Source of the DNA: Gammaproteobacteria bacterium
GTDB taxonomy: Bacteria > Pseudomonadota > Gammaproteobacteria > Eutrophobiales > Eutrophobiaceae
Length of the DNA: 64,000 nt
Direction of reading: 5' to 3'
Assembly (NCBI GenBank): GCA_965222155.1
Contig: CBDCTH010000012.1
Span: forward strand, 2,688,001 to 2,752,000
A program made the position numbers and the translations under genes. Position 1 is the first letter of the stretch. Every line of letters begins with the position of its first letter. The notes under the pieces were generated by a model, which saw only the letters and a program-made list of their open reading frames with translations, ran no database searches and was not told the DNA's origin. Below, one piece after another: positions 21,701 through 31,200 of this stretch.

Positions 21701-24280
21701 CTGGACGGCGGTGCCGGGGATGATACCTTACGCGGGGGCGGCGGCGCCGACACCCTGGGCGGGGGGAGCGGCGCGGACACCTTCCACTACAGTGCCGCGG
21801 CGGACTCGACCGTAACCAACCCGGACCGCATCCTGGACTTCTCAGGGAGTGACGGGGACGGCGACCGGCTGGACTTGTCCGGCCTGGGCAACGACCTGAC
21901 GTTTATCGGGACAACGGCCTTCTCCAACAGTGCGGGCGAGGTGCGCTCTGTGCAGCGCGGCGCGGGCACAAGCAGTGACAGCAGTGATGATTACACCGAC
22001 GTACTGGTGGACCTGAACGGCAACGGCACGGCGAACGTCAAAGTGACTCTGGTCGGATTACACAGCCTGACACTGGATGACCTGCCGGGCGTCCAGGCGC
22101 CGCCGGCCCCGGTGGTCACGCCCCGGGACCTCGACGGCACACCGGGGGATGATACGTTGATGGGCGATGCCCAGGACAACACACTGCGCGGCCTGGCCGG
22201 CAACGACGTCCTTGAAGGCAAGGCCGGGGCCGACACCCTGGACGGGGGCAGCGGGGCGGACACCGCGTCGTATGCCGACTCGGACGCCGCGGTGCAGGTG
22301 GACTTGGACGCCGGGACGGCCAGTGGCGGTCATGCCCAGGGCGACACCCTGACGGGTATTGAGCACCTGCGCGGCTCGGCGCACGCGGATGTGCTGCGCG
22401 GGGACAACAGCGCCAACCGCCTGTGGGGCGGCGCCGGGGCGGACAAGCTGGTGGGGCTGTCAGGTAATGACCGCTTGTATGGCGAGGCGGGCGCTGACCG
22501 CCTGTTCGGCAGCTGGGGGAACGACGTACTGGCCGGTGGCGCCGGCGCGGACCACCTGGACGGTGAAGGCGGTACCGACACGCTGTCCTATGCCGGCTCG
22601 GCGTCAGGGGTGGCGGTCAACCTGGCTGCCGGTACGGTATCGGGGGGGGATGCCCAGGGTGACACGATTGCCAGCGTTGAGAACGTGCTCGGCTCGGCGC
22701 AGGACGATGTGCTGGTCGGGAACGGCAGTGCCAACCGGCTGGACGGCGGTGCCGGGGATGATACCTTACGCGGGGGCGGCGGCGCCGACACCCTGACAGG
22801 CGGGGCCGGGGCGGACACCTTTCAATACAAGGCGGCGGCGGACTCGACCGTGGCCAACCCGGACCGCATCCTGGACTTCTCAGGCAACGGCGGGGACGGT
22901 GACCACCTGGACTTATCCGGCCTGGGCAACAACCTGACGTTTATCGGCACAACGGCCTTCTCCAACAGTGCGGGCGAGGTACGCTACGTGCAGCGCGGCG
23001 CGGCCACAAGCAGCGACACCAGTGATGATTACACCGACGTACTGGTGGACCTGAACGGCAACGGCACAGCGAACGTCAAGCTCACCCTGGTCGGATTACA
23101 CAGCCTGACACTGGATGACCTGCGGGGGGTGCGCGCCGCGCCCCCTGAGCCGGCCGACCCCCCTGCGCCCCCGCCTGAGCCGAGTGGGCCGGCGCCTATT
23201 GTCGGGACAGCGGGTAACGATGCCTTGCACGGGGATGCCCAGGCCAACGTGCTGCGCGGCCTGGCCGGCCAGGACGTACTGGCCGGTCAGGGCGGCGCCG
23301 ACACCCTGGACGGGGGCAGCGGGGAGGACACCGCGACCTACACCGACTCGGACGCCGGGGTGCGGGTGGACCTGGGCCGCGGCACGGCGAGCGGCGGCCA
23401 TGCCGACGGTGACACGTTCATCAGCATCGAGCATGTCATCGGCTCGGCCTATGGCGATACGCTGCGCGGCGACGGCAACGCCAACACGCTGCGCGGGCGG
23501 GCCGGCGACGACACCCTGGCCGGCAACGGCGGGCGCGACGTGCTGGACGGCGGCGCCGGCAATGACACGCTGGCCGGCGGCGCCGGGGCGGACCGCCTCT
23601 ACGGCAGTGGCGGCGCCGACGTGCTGGATGGCGGGACCCATCACGACCTGGTGTCGTATGCGCACTCACCCGCCGGGGTGCGGGTGGACGTGCAGCTCGG
23701 CACCGGCGCCGGCGGGGATGCCGAGGGCGACACGCTCACCAGCATCGAGAGCGTCATCGGCTCGGCGCACGATGACGAGCTCCGGGGCGACTACGGCAAC
23801 AACCTGCTGTCCGGCCTGGCCGGTAACGACCGGTTGGTGGGGCAGGGCGGGCGCGACATGCTGTATGGCGGGGGCGGTGATGACACGCTGGACGGCGGCG
23901 CCGGGGACGACAGGCTGAAGGGCGATGGCGGCAGCGACCGGCTCAGCGGCGGGTCGGGGGCGGACATTTTCTGGTTTATCAGCGCGCCCGACTCGACCCC
24001 GGCGACCCCGGACCGGGTGCTGGATTTCTCAGGCGAGGGGGATGACGGCGACCGGCTGGACCTGTCCGACCTGGGCAACGACCTGGCCTTCATCGGCACG
24101 GCGGCCTTTACCGACACACCGGGGCAGGTGCGCTATAGCCAGCGCGGCGCCGGCACGGGCGGCAACACCGACGATGACTACACCGACGTGTTGGCCGATC
24201 TGAACGGCGACGGCGCGGCCGACTTCATGCTGATCCTGGTTGGGCTGCACAGCCTGACCGACAACGACTTCATCGTGTGA
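15752..24280 (+). CDS. giant serralysin-like (M10) zinc metalloprotease with RTX repeats, 2842 aa (RTX1)
   Basis: [11 protein letters not shown] zinc motif, Met-turn SVMSY, dozens of GGxGxDxLx nonapeptides, serralysin-type C-terminus ending DNDFIV. Confidence 0.93.
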   Translation: MKIIPDPGPTGPEHAQSCCCSSCSAVNLEQRVSQSQGSQGFQGSQDSQNAPAAAEKLPQWGVLASDSYDWIADYINVSDRYFPIEPGGEITVNLTGLTAAGQQLARWAFEAWESVANLTFREVEKDAKITFDDESPGGRANLVKAGGGGFLSVKVNVGQTMLRLYGDGLGSETFNTYLHEIGHALGLGHTGYYDGDATYGVDNLYKADSYQTSVMSYFDQNGNTDIDASYAYPVTPMMADILAIQKKYGVPETNPGDTVYGYQSNVGGYLGQVFAALTGQASKLDHPVTLTLFDSGGKDQLDLRTDEADQRVDLRPEGVSDVYGMKGNWLIARGTVIENLVAGQGDDQVIANAAVNELDGGPGSDTVSYVGSDAGVRVDLEAGTGAGGHAQGDTLRNFEHVVGSAHADELRGDGSANRLSGGAGDDALYGNAGADTLDGGAGNDRLYGHEGADRLRGGRGADTLDGGAGADTLEGGSGENSAAYRGSDIGVEVNLDSGVVSGGHAAGDTLISIKHLIGSAYADTLTGDADANQLGGGGGNDRLAGGGGNDVLAGGAGDDMLAGGAGNDVLAGGAGADTLGGGAGADTASYADSDARVQVNLRSGAVSGGDAEGDTLTGIEHLIGSAHDDKLTGDTGANQLAGGAGDDELYGKAGADTLDGGEGNDRLYGHAGDDVLVGGAGADTLGGGAGADTASYSGSAVGVQIDLEAGTFQGGDAVGDRLNSIERLEGSRHADHLAGSAAGDWLAGADGDDRLVGRLGHDRLAGDAGDDQLEGGDGDDRLVGGDGDDQLEGGDGDDRLAGDVGDDVLEGGAGADRLKGGAGYDTASYAGSPVGVRIDLAAQTFQGGDAAGDALTDIERIVGSGQGDVLRGSDETDHLVGAGGDDELAGRAGDDTLAGGAGADVLDGGAGGDTVSYADSGAGVQVNLDTGARSGGDAAGDRLSSIESIIGSAHNDGLTGDGKANRLAGGTGDDTLRGGAGDDVLEGGAGADVLDGEGGTDTLSYAGSASGVVVILGNGTVSGGDAQGDTFANVENVVGSARTDSLYGDDSANRLDGGAGDDRMAGWYGADELYGEEGADRLYGNAGNDVLDGGVGNDFLSGGPGADTLSGGGGADSLDGDTGADTFRYSAAADSTVTNPDRILDFSGNGGDGDKLDLSGLGNDLTFIGTTAFSNSAGEVRYVQRGTDTGNTGDDYTDVLVDVDGDGTANVKVTLVGLHSLTLDDLPGVQAPPAPVVKPRDLDGTPGDDTLVGDDQANVLRGLAGNDTLEGKAGADTLDGGSGADTAAYTDSDAAVQVDLDVGTATGGHAQGDTLTGIEHLRGSAHADVLRGDNSANRLWGGAGADKLVGLSGNDRLYGEAGADRLYGSWGDDVLAGGAGADVLDGEGGTDTLSYAGSASGVTVNLATGAVSGGDAQGDTIASIENVVGSTQADVLVGDGSANRLDGGAGDDTLRGAGGADTLTGGAGADTASYTDSNAAVQVDLGSGTASGGHAQGDTLTGIEHLSGSAHNDTLRGAAGANTLRGHGGDDGLAGQAGADRLEGGAGDDTLDGGAGSDTLAGGSGDDTASYTDSTAAVQVDLDTGTATGGHAQGDTLTGIEHLSGSAHNDTLRGAPGANTLRGHGGDDGLAGQAGADRLEGGPGADTLDGGAGSDTLDGGSGADTFHYKAAADSTVTNPDRILDFSGSSGDGDQLDLSDLGNDLTFIGTTAFSNSAGEVRYVQRGTDTGNTGDDYTDVLVDLNGNGTANVKVTLVGLHSLTLDDLPGVQAPPAPVVKPRDLDGTPGDDTLVGDARDNVLRGLAGDDVLDGRAGADTLDGGSGADTAAYTDSDAAVQVDLDVGTATGGHAQGDTLTSIENLRGSAHADVLRGDNSANRLWGGAGADKLVGLSGNDRLYGEAGADRLYGSWGDDVLAGGAGADHLDGEGGTDTLSYAGSASGVAVNLASGTVSGGDAQGDTIASVENVLGSAQDDVLVGNGSANRLDGGAGDDTLRGGGGADTLGGGSGADTFHYSAAADSTVTNPDRILDFSGSDGDGDRLDLSGLGNDLTFIGTTAFSNSAGEVRSVQRGAGTSSDSSDDYTDVLVDLNGNGTANVKVTLVGLHSLTLDDLPGVQAPPAPVVTPRDLDGTPGDDTLMGDAQDNTLRGLAGNDVLEGKAGADTLDGGSGADTASYADSDAAVQVDLDAGTASGGHAQGDTLTGIEHLRGSAHADVLRGDNSANRLWGGAGADKLVGLSGNDRLYGEAGADRLFGSWGNDVLAGGAGADHLDGEGGTDTLSYAGSASGVAVNLAAGTVSGGDAQGDTIASVENVLGSAQDDVLVGNGSANRLDGGAGDDTLRGGGGADTLTGGAGADTFQYKAAADSTVANPDRILDFSGNGGDGDHLDLSGLGNNLTFIGTTAFSNSAGEVRYVQRGAATSSDTSDDYTDVLVDLNGNGTANVKLTLVGLHSLTLDDLRGVRAAPPEPADPPAPPPEPSGPAPIVGTAGNDALHGDAQANVLRGLAGQDVLAGQGGADTLDGGSGEDTATYTDSDAGVRVDLGRGTASGGHADGDTFISIEHVIGSAYGDTLRGDGNANTLRGRAGDDTLAGNGGRDVLDGGAGNDTLAGGAGADRLYGSGGADVLDGGTHHDLVSYAHSPAGVRVDVQLGTGAGGDAEGDTLTSIESVIGSAHDDELRGDYGNNLLSGLAGNDRLVGQGGRDMLYGGGGDDTLDGGAGDDRLKGDGGSDRLSGGSGADIFWFISAPDSTPATPDRVLDFSGEGDDGDRLDLSDLGNDLAFIGTAAFTDTPGQVRYSQRGAGTGGNTDDDYTDVLADLNGDGAADFMLILVGLHSLTDNDFIV

Positions 24281-24374
24281 GCCGGGTCCGGCAGCCGTCA
24301 ACGTGACCCGCGCTGCGGTCGTGGTCCGCTTCAGCCCATTGGAGCTGTGAAAAAACGACCGGGGCAATCCGGTT

Positions 24375-24503
24375 CATTTCCTCAGCAGCGGTGCCGAGAC
24401 TCACCCTGATTTCAAGGGCCTTGGGGCCATGACGTTTTTCCCCGGCCCATGATGAAGATGCACACAACAAGATGATTAGTAGCAGTAATCTATGAATATT
24501 CAT
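24375..24503 (-). pseudogene. 5' fragment of a secreted protein (possibly cupredoxin-like), cut at the RTX1 downstream boundary
   Basis: Signal peptide MNIHRLLLLIILLCASSSWA then EIRVSLGTAAEEM, running into sequence shared with the RTX2 tail. Confidence 0.5.
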
Positions 24504-24585
24504 CAGCTTTCCTCCACGCTCAACGGTCATGATTACAGGTAAAAGATAATCGTGATCTCGTTTACGTTCAACAGTTGGCGGTTTT

Positions 24586-25918
24586 CACTAGTGTCCCAAC
24601 GTTTGAGGCCTGGGTAGTTGTAACTTATTGATATAGCTTAATAAACAAATCATTTTTGCCTGTCATCGACTTGAATTCGGCGGCGCCTGCCTGTCCTGCG
24701 CTCACTCCTATTCATTACCAGGGAGTTTTGCCCCATGTATACCGGCAACGTCATCGTCTCTCAAGTCATGGCCCATCTGCCCAGGCATACCTTCCGACGC
24801 TGTGTGCAGCGTTATCGCGGCCACCACAAAGTCAAACGCGTCACCTGCCTCGACCAATTCCTATGTCTGGCCTTCGCTCAACTCACCTACCGGGAGAGCC
24901 GGCGGGATAGCGAAGCCGGCCTGCGCGCACAGCGCCACACGTTGTACCACAGGGGCTTGCGCGGCACCGTCTCACGCAACACCTTGGCCCATGCCAACCC
25001 GACCCGCGACGGGCGCATCTACGCCGACGTCGCCCACGCCTTAATCCACAGCGCCCGACAACTGTCTCTCGACGAGGACGTCGGCCTCGCACTCACACAC
25101 ACCGTCTATGCCCTTGATGCCACCCCCATCGACCTGTGCTTGTCCGTCTTTCCCTGGGCCCGCGTCCGTACCACCAAAGGCGCCGTCAAAGTGCATACGC
25201 TACTCGACCTGCGGGGCAGTATTCCCACGTTTATCCACCTCTCTGACGGCAAACTGCACGCTGTCAAGGGCCTCGACCTGCTACTGCCCGACGCCGGCGC
25301 CCGCTACATCATGGAGCGCGGCCACCTGGACTGCCGCCGCCGCTACACCTTGCAGCAGGCCGCCGCCTGCTTCATCGTCCGGGCCAAGGCCCACTGGCGT
25401 TAGCGCCGCCGCTATGCCCACCCCGTCGATAAACACACCGGCCTCCAGTGCCACCAGACCGTCGTCCTCACCGGCTTCTACGCGGCCAAACACTACCCGG
25501 ATAAACTCCGCAGAGTCAAAGTGACCGACCCGGCAACTGGCCGACAACTGGTCTTCCTCACTAACCACTTCACCTTGCCTGCACACACGATTACCCAACT
25601 GTATCGCTGCCGTTGGCAGGTTGAACTGTTCTTCAAATGGATGAAGCAGCCTCTACGTATCAACGCCTTCTACGGCACCGCCGAGCACGCGGTCAAAACC
25701 CAAATCTGGACCGCCGTGACGGTCTATGTCCTGGTCGCCATTATCAAAAAACGCCTCAATATCCCCCTTAGTCTCTACACACTATTACAGATTTTGAGCG
25801 TGTCCGTCTTTGAGAAAATGCCGCTGGATCATATACTTACCAAAACTGATTACAATATGAAACAACCCGATACACCTAACCAGTTGATTTTATTCGATTA
25901 ATCGTTGGGACACTAATG
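24586..25918 (+). mobile_element. IS4-family element, degenerate transposase (24735-25901, internal TAG at 25401)
   Basis: TIR CACTAGTGTCCCAACG / CGTTGGGACACTAATG; 9-bp TSD GGCGGTTTT (24577-24585, 25919-25927); YALDAT.IDLCL and LYRCRWQVELFFKW motifs. Confidence 0.93.
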
Positions 25919-26005
25919 GGCGGTTTTATAGTTTCATTATCTGATAATAAACCGCAAGTCCCAATACTGCAAAATCAACAGATTATATCGGTCCGACCCA
26001 GAAGC

Positions 26006-27448
26006 TCAGGCGATGTGTGTGCGGTATTCGCCGTAGCCGGCTGCCGCTGCCTCACGGATCAGGATATCGAACAACTGATGGGCGCGCTGTTTCTTTTCCG
26101 GGTCATTCTTATCAAATACCAGGGTATAGATATGGTGCACCTCTCGCCAGCCGACGATGAACACGCCCATGTAATCGAAACCGTGTTCATGCGCTCGCTG
26201 CTTCACCATGTTGAATTGTTTGATGGCATCCGCACCGGTTGTCGGGGAAACCGGCGAGAAGTCAATATGACCACCGCCACCCACCCAGTTCACCAGGCCG
26301 AATTTGGTCAGGGTCGGGATTCCGGCCATGGTTTTGGCACGCTGATGCAGGACGTCGTTTTTGTTTTTTCGATCTTCGGGAAAATAAAATTTTGCGCCGG
26401 GGATTGATGCAAAAGCATCCCGGATGATTTCCCAGTGGGCATCCATGATTTTCGGTGGGCCGTAGCGCGCGGCATAAAAGTTCCATGCGCCTATGTCCTG
26501 GTCGGTCATGATCTTTTTACGGATGCTGTCCGGGACGGGGCCGTCATAATATTCCGTCCTGCTGGTATTCAGTGATGCGACCAGGTGCAGGTCGCGTATG
26601 GTCGCGGCATTCTGTATCACCAGGTTGACTTTGAGCGGTCGGATGACCTCCACTGCCTGTTCAATATCCTCATCCCGCTGAAAAGTAATCAGGTAAGGAC
26701 GATAGCCGGGGGGTTCCGGCATCAACCAGACCCCCAGCTTGGTGACTATGCCGTAGTTGGACTGTGTGAATATGCCGTCATGATACGGGCCAAAGCCGTA
26801 TTTGAACAGTTGCCAGGTGTTATTACCCGGCATGGAACCCATGCCCGTGCGGACTACGTCGCCGTCGGCAAGCACTACCTCCATGCCGCATTGGCGCATG
26901 AAGTGGTCGCCGTAAGGCGTGTAACCGGCGCCCCGTTCCAGGGTCGTTCCGAGCACGCTGCCCCAACCGGGATCCGGTACGTCCAGCCAAAGCTTGAGGC
27001 CGCGCGCCTGTATGTAATTGTACAGGTCAAAAAAACTGACCCCGGGTTCAACCAGTGCGTAGCCGAACTGCTCATTGACCTCAAGCACCCGGTTCATGCG
27101 TTTGAGATCAAGCACGACGCTCCCCGGCAGACGCGGCGCGGCGCCGCCGTAGGCCAGGTTTTTCCCGCAGGAAACCGGCCACAGAGGAATGTTGAAGTCA
27201 TCAGCGATCTTCAGGACAGCCTGAATCTCCTGCACACCGTCCGGCGCAATGGAGGCTGAAGGGCGAAAATGGGCTTCATCAACTATCGCGTAGGGGTCGC
27301 GATAACTAATCAGTTCAGCAGTTTCATCGGCGAACACCCAGTTATCGCCTACCACTTCACGAAAAGCAGCCAGGGCCTGGGCAAATTGTTTTCCGGTGAC
27401 GTCCGGAGGGAGTAATTTTTTCACAGTTCCCCTTCCATTTTCTTCCAA
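26006..27448 (-). pseudogene. VAO/PCMH-family (4-alkylphenol oxidising) flavoprotein lacking the last ~49 aa
   Basis: PLWPVSCGKNLAYGGAAP, LVEPGVSFFDLY, CGMEVVLADG, FTQSNYGIVTK; stops right after GYGEYRTHIA. Confidence 0.9.
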
Positions 27449-27497
27449 TCATATCGCAATTTATAACATCATGCCGATCAGATTTCCCCCGGCATCT

Positions 27498-27673
27498 CAG
27501 CAGTTCCCGCTAACTCCCGGGATCGAGAGCATCCTGCCCTCGTGGAGGGCGAGACGCCCTCGCTCCCAGGGGAAAATGCCCGTGACTCCTGGGGGACAGA
27601 TTTAAATCTGTCCCCGCTGTCTTCGAATCCGGCAAGAATCACTGTATTGACTTCGAGTTAGCGGGAACACCTG
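27498..27673. mobile_element. MITE family A (176 bp) with internal REP-like hairpins
   Basis: TIR CAGcaGTTCCCGCTAACTC / GAGTTAGCGGGAACacCTG; perfect 9-bp TSD CCGGCATCT (27489-27497, 27674-27682). Confidence 0.85.
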
Positions 27674-27859
27674 CCGGCATCTTAGCCCGTATATCTCAGT
27701 TCGCTTGTTGTCATCGGATAGTTGTTTGCTGTCAATACGTTATGATAATCTGCTCACTATATTGTCATAACAGGACGCGCTTGATACGCCCTCGCTTGTC
27801 TTTTTGCCGCCAGCCTTTGGTAATAAACGGTCAGCCGAGAAATTTATCCGCTGCCGAGG

Positions 27860-28050
27860 TGAGCGCATCCAGTTGTTCCAGGGGCGGTGCGTGACCGCCA
27901 ACTGCTGCGCCTGCCTGCCAAGCAGGCGTTGACCGGTGTTGCGATGCAAGTCCCGTCTGACCGTGATGCACGCCCGACCCGTGTCCCGGACAATGGCCAT
28001 GTTGGAATAACCCTGTTTCTTCATGTGATATGGTCTCGTTCAGCTTCAAC
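27860..28050 (-). pseudogene. IS30-family transposase N-terminal HTH remnant
   Basis: ER.HI / MKKQGYSNMAIVRDTGRA..TVRRDLHRNTGQR...QAQQLA resembles the IS30 HTH start. Confidence 0.6.
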
Positions 28051-28058
28051 CAGTGGTG

Positions 28059-28212
28059 CAACAGTTCCCGCTAACTCCCGGGCTCGAGGGCATCCTGCCC
28101 TCGTGGAGGGCGAGACGCCCTCCCTCCCAAGGAAACATGCTCCTTTATGGTCAGAGTATGCCCGAATCCGGCAATAATCACTGTATTGACCTCGATTTAG
28201 CGGGAGCACCTG
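28059..28212. mobile_element. MITE family A, second copy (154 bp)
   Basis: Same ends and internal sequence as 27498-27673; degenerate TSD ccagtggtg/tcagcgatg. Confidence 0.8.
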
Positions 28213-28293
28213 TCAGCGATGTGTATTGCTTGCTCATGGTAATTACTTCCTGCTATACTATTTATGCTCACTGAACCCGTAGGAAGGTAATCC

Positions 28294-31200
28294 ATGAAGA
28301 TGACTCCTGACCAACGAGTATTCCAATCTCAAGACTCTCAAAACGCCCCGGCCGTTGCGGAGAAGCTGCTCCAATGGGGCGTGCTCGCCTCGAACACCTA
28401 TAACGAGATCGCCGACTACATCAATGCTACGGACACGTACTTTTCGATTGAGCCCGGCGGTGAGATCACGGTGGACATCACCGATCTGACCGACGCGGGT
28501 CAGCAACTCGCCCGCTGGGCCCTGGCGGCCTGGGAGTCGGTGGCGAACCTGACCTTCCGGGAAGTGGAAGACGGCGCCAACATCAAATTTGACGATGAAG
28601 GGCAGAGAGGCTGGACGACTTACGCCTTTTCAAGCGACGGGCTCACCTCAGCCCTGGTGAACGTGCCGAAGACTTGGATAGACAAGTATGGTGACGGGTT
28701 CGGCAGCTGGGCGTTCATGACCTATCTCCATGAGATTGGCCATGCGCTGGGTTTGAACCATGCCTTTAACTACCAGGGCTCTGCTACGTATGATCTGTAT
28801 GAGGTTGACTCCTACCAGACGTCGATCATGTCGTATCTCGATGAACGCAAGGTCGTGCCGATCACGCCAATGATGGCGGACATCCTGGCGATTCAGAAGA
28901 AGTACGGCGCCCCCGAGACCAACCCCGGGGACACCGTGTATGGCTACCAGTCCAACGTCGACGGCTACCTGGGGCAGGTCTTCGCGGCAATCGCCGAGCA
29001 AGACGGTGAGCTTGTGCCGGTGACACTGACGTTGTTCGACAGCGGCGGGGAGGACCGGCTGGACCTGCGCACGGACAAGGCGGACCAGCGGGTGGACTTG
29101 CGTCCGGAAGGCATCTCGGACGTGTACGGACTGAAGAGCAACTGGCGGATAGCGCGGGACACGGTGATTGAGAATCTGATTGCGGGTCAGGGCGATGATC
29201 AGGTGATTGCGAATGCGGTGGCGAACGAGTTGGACGGTGGGCCGGGCAGTGACACGGTGTTGTATGTGGGCTCGGATGCTGGGGTGCAGGTGGACTTGCG
29301 CGCCGGGACTGCCACGGGCGGTCATGCGCAGGGCGACACCCTGAAGAATATCGAGAATCTGCGCGGCTCGGCGCACGGCGATGCGTTACGCGGCGATGCC
29401 GGCGACAACACGCTGCGCGGGCTGGCCGGCGACGACACCCTGGCCGGCAACGGCGGGCGCGACGTGCTGGACGGCGGCGCCGGCAATGACACGCTGGCCG
29501 GCGGCGGCGGGGCGGACCTCCTCTACGGCAGTGGCGGCGCCGACGTGCTGGATGGCGGGACCCATTACGACCTGGTGTCGTATGCGCACTCCCCCGCCGG
29601 AGTGCGGGTGGACGTGCAGCTCGGCACCGGCGCCGGCGGGGATGCCGAGGGCGACACACTCACCAACATCGAGAGCGTCACCGGCTCGGCGCACGACGAC
29701 GAGCTCCGAGGCGACTACGGCACCAACCAGCTGAACGGCCTGGCCGGTAACGACCGGTTGGTAGGGGGCGCCGGGCGCGACGTGCTCTACGGCGGCGCCG
29801 GCAGCGACCGGCTCAGCGGCGGGTCGGGGGCGGACATTTTCTGGTTTATCAGCGCGGCCGACTCGACCCCGGCGACCCCGGACCGGGTGCTGGATTTCTC
29901 AGGCGAGGGGGGTGACGGCGACCGGCTGGACCTGTCCGGCCTGGGCAACGACCTGACGTTTATTGGGACAACGGCCTTTTCCAACAGTGCGGGCGAGGTG
30001 CGCTCTGTGCAGCGCGGCGCGGCCACAAGCAGCGACACCAGTGATGATTACACCGACGTGCTGGTGGACCTGGACGGTAACGGTACAGCGAACGTCAAAG
30101 TGACCCTGGTCGGGCTGCATAGCCTGACACTGGCGGACCTGCCGGGCGTCCAGGCGCCGCCGGCCCCGGTGGTCAAGCCCCGGGACCTCGACGGCACGGC
30201 CGGCGATGATACGTTGGTGGGCGATGCCCAGGACAACACACTGCGCGGCCTGGACGGCAATGACGTACTGGACGGCAGAGCCGGGGCCGACACCCTGGAC
30301 GGGGGCAGCGGGGCGGACACCGCGTCCTACACCGACTCGGACGCCGCGGTGCAGGTGGACTTGGACGCCGGGACGGCCACGGGCGGCCATGCCCAGGGTG
30401 ACACGCTCACCGGCATCGAGCACCTCAGCGGCTCGGCCCATAACGATACACTGCGCGGCGCGGCCGGCGCCAACACGCTGCGCGGGCACGGCGGTGACGA
30501 CGGGCTGGCGGGCCAGGCCGGCGCGGACCGCCTGGAGGGGGGTACGGGCGCGGACACGCTGGACGGCGGCGCCGGGTCAGACACCCTGGCCGGGGGCGCC
30601 GGGGCGGACACCTTCCACTACAAGGCCGCGGCGGACTCGACCGTGGCCAATCCGGACCGGATTGTGGACTTCTCAGGTAGTGACGGGGACGGTGACCAAC
30701 TGGACTTGTCCGGCCTGGGCAACGACCTGACGTTTATCGGGACAACGGCCTTCTCCAACAGTGCGGGCGAGGTGCGCTACGTGCAGCGCGGCGCGGACAC
30801 AAGCAGCAACACCGGCGATGATTACACCGACGTACTGGTTGATGTGGACGGCAACGGCACGGCGAACGTCAAAGTGACTCTGGTCGGATTACACAGCCTG
30901 ACACTGGATGACCTGCCGGGCGTACAGGCGCCGCCGGCCCCGGTGGTCAAGCCCCGGGACATCGACGGCACACCGGGCGATGATACGTTGGTGGGCGATG
31001 ACCAGGCCAACGTCCTGCGCGGCCTGGCCGGCAACGACGTCCTGGACGGCAGGGCCGGGGCGGACACCCTGGACGGGGGCAGCGGGGCGGACACGGCGGC
31101 CTACACCGACTCGGACGCCGCGGTGCAGGTGGACTTGCGCGCCGGGACTGCCAGTGGCGGTCATGCACAAGGCGACACCCTGACGAGCATTGAGCACCTG

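Noticed and set aside
24281-24382. RTX tail as an integron attC site
   Set aside because: No convincing RYYYAAC...GTTRRRY box pair and no integrase seen.
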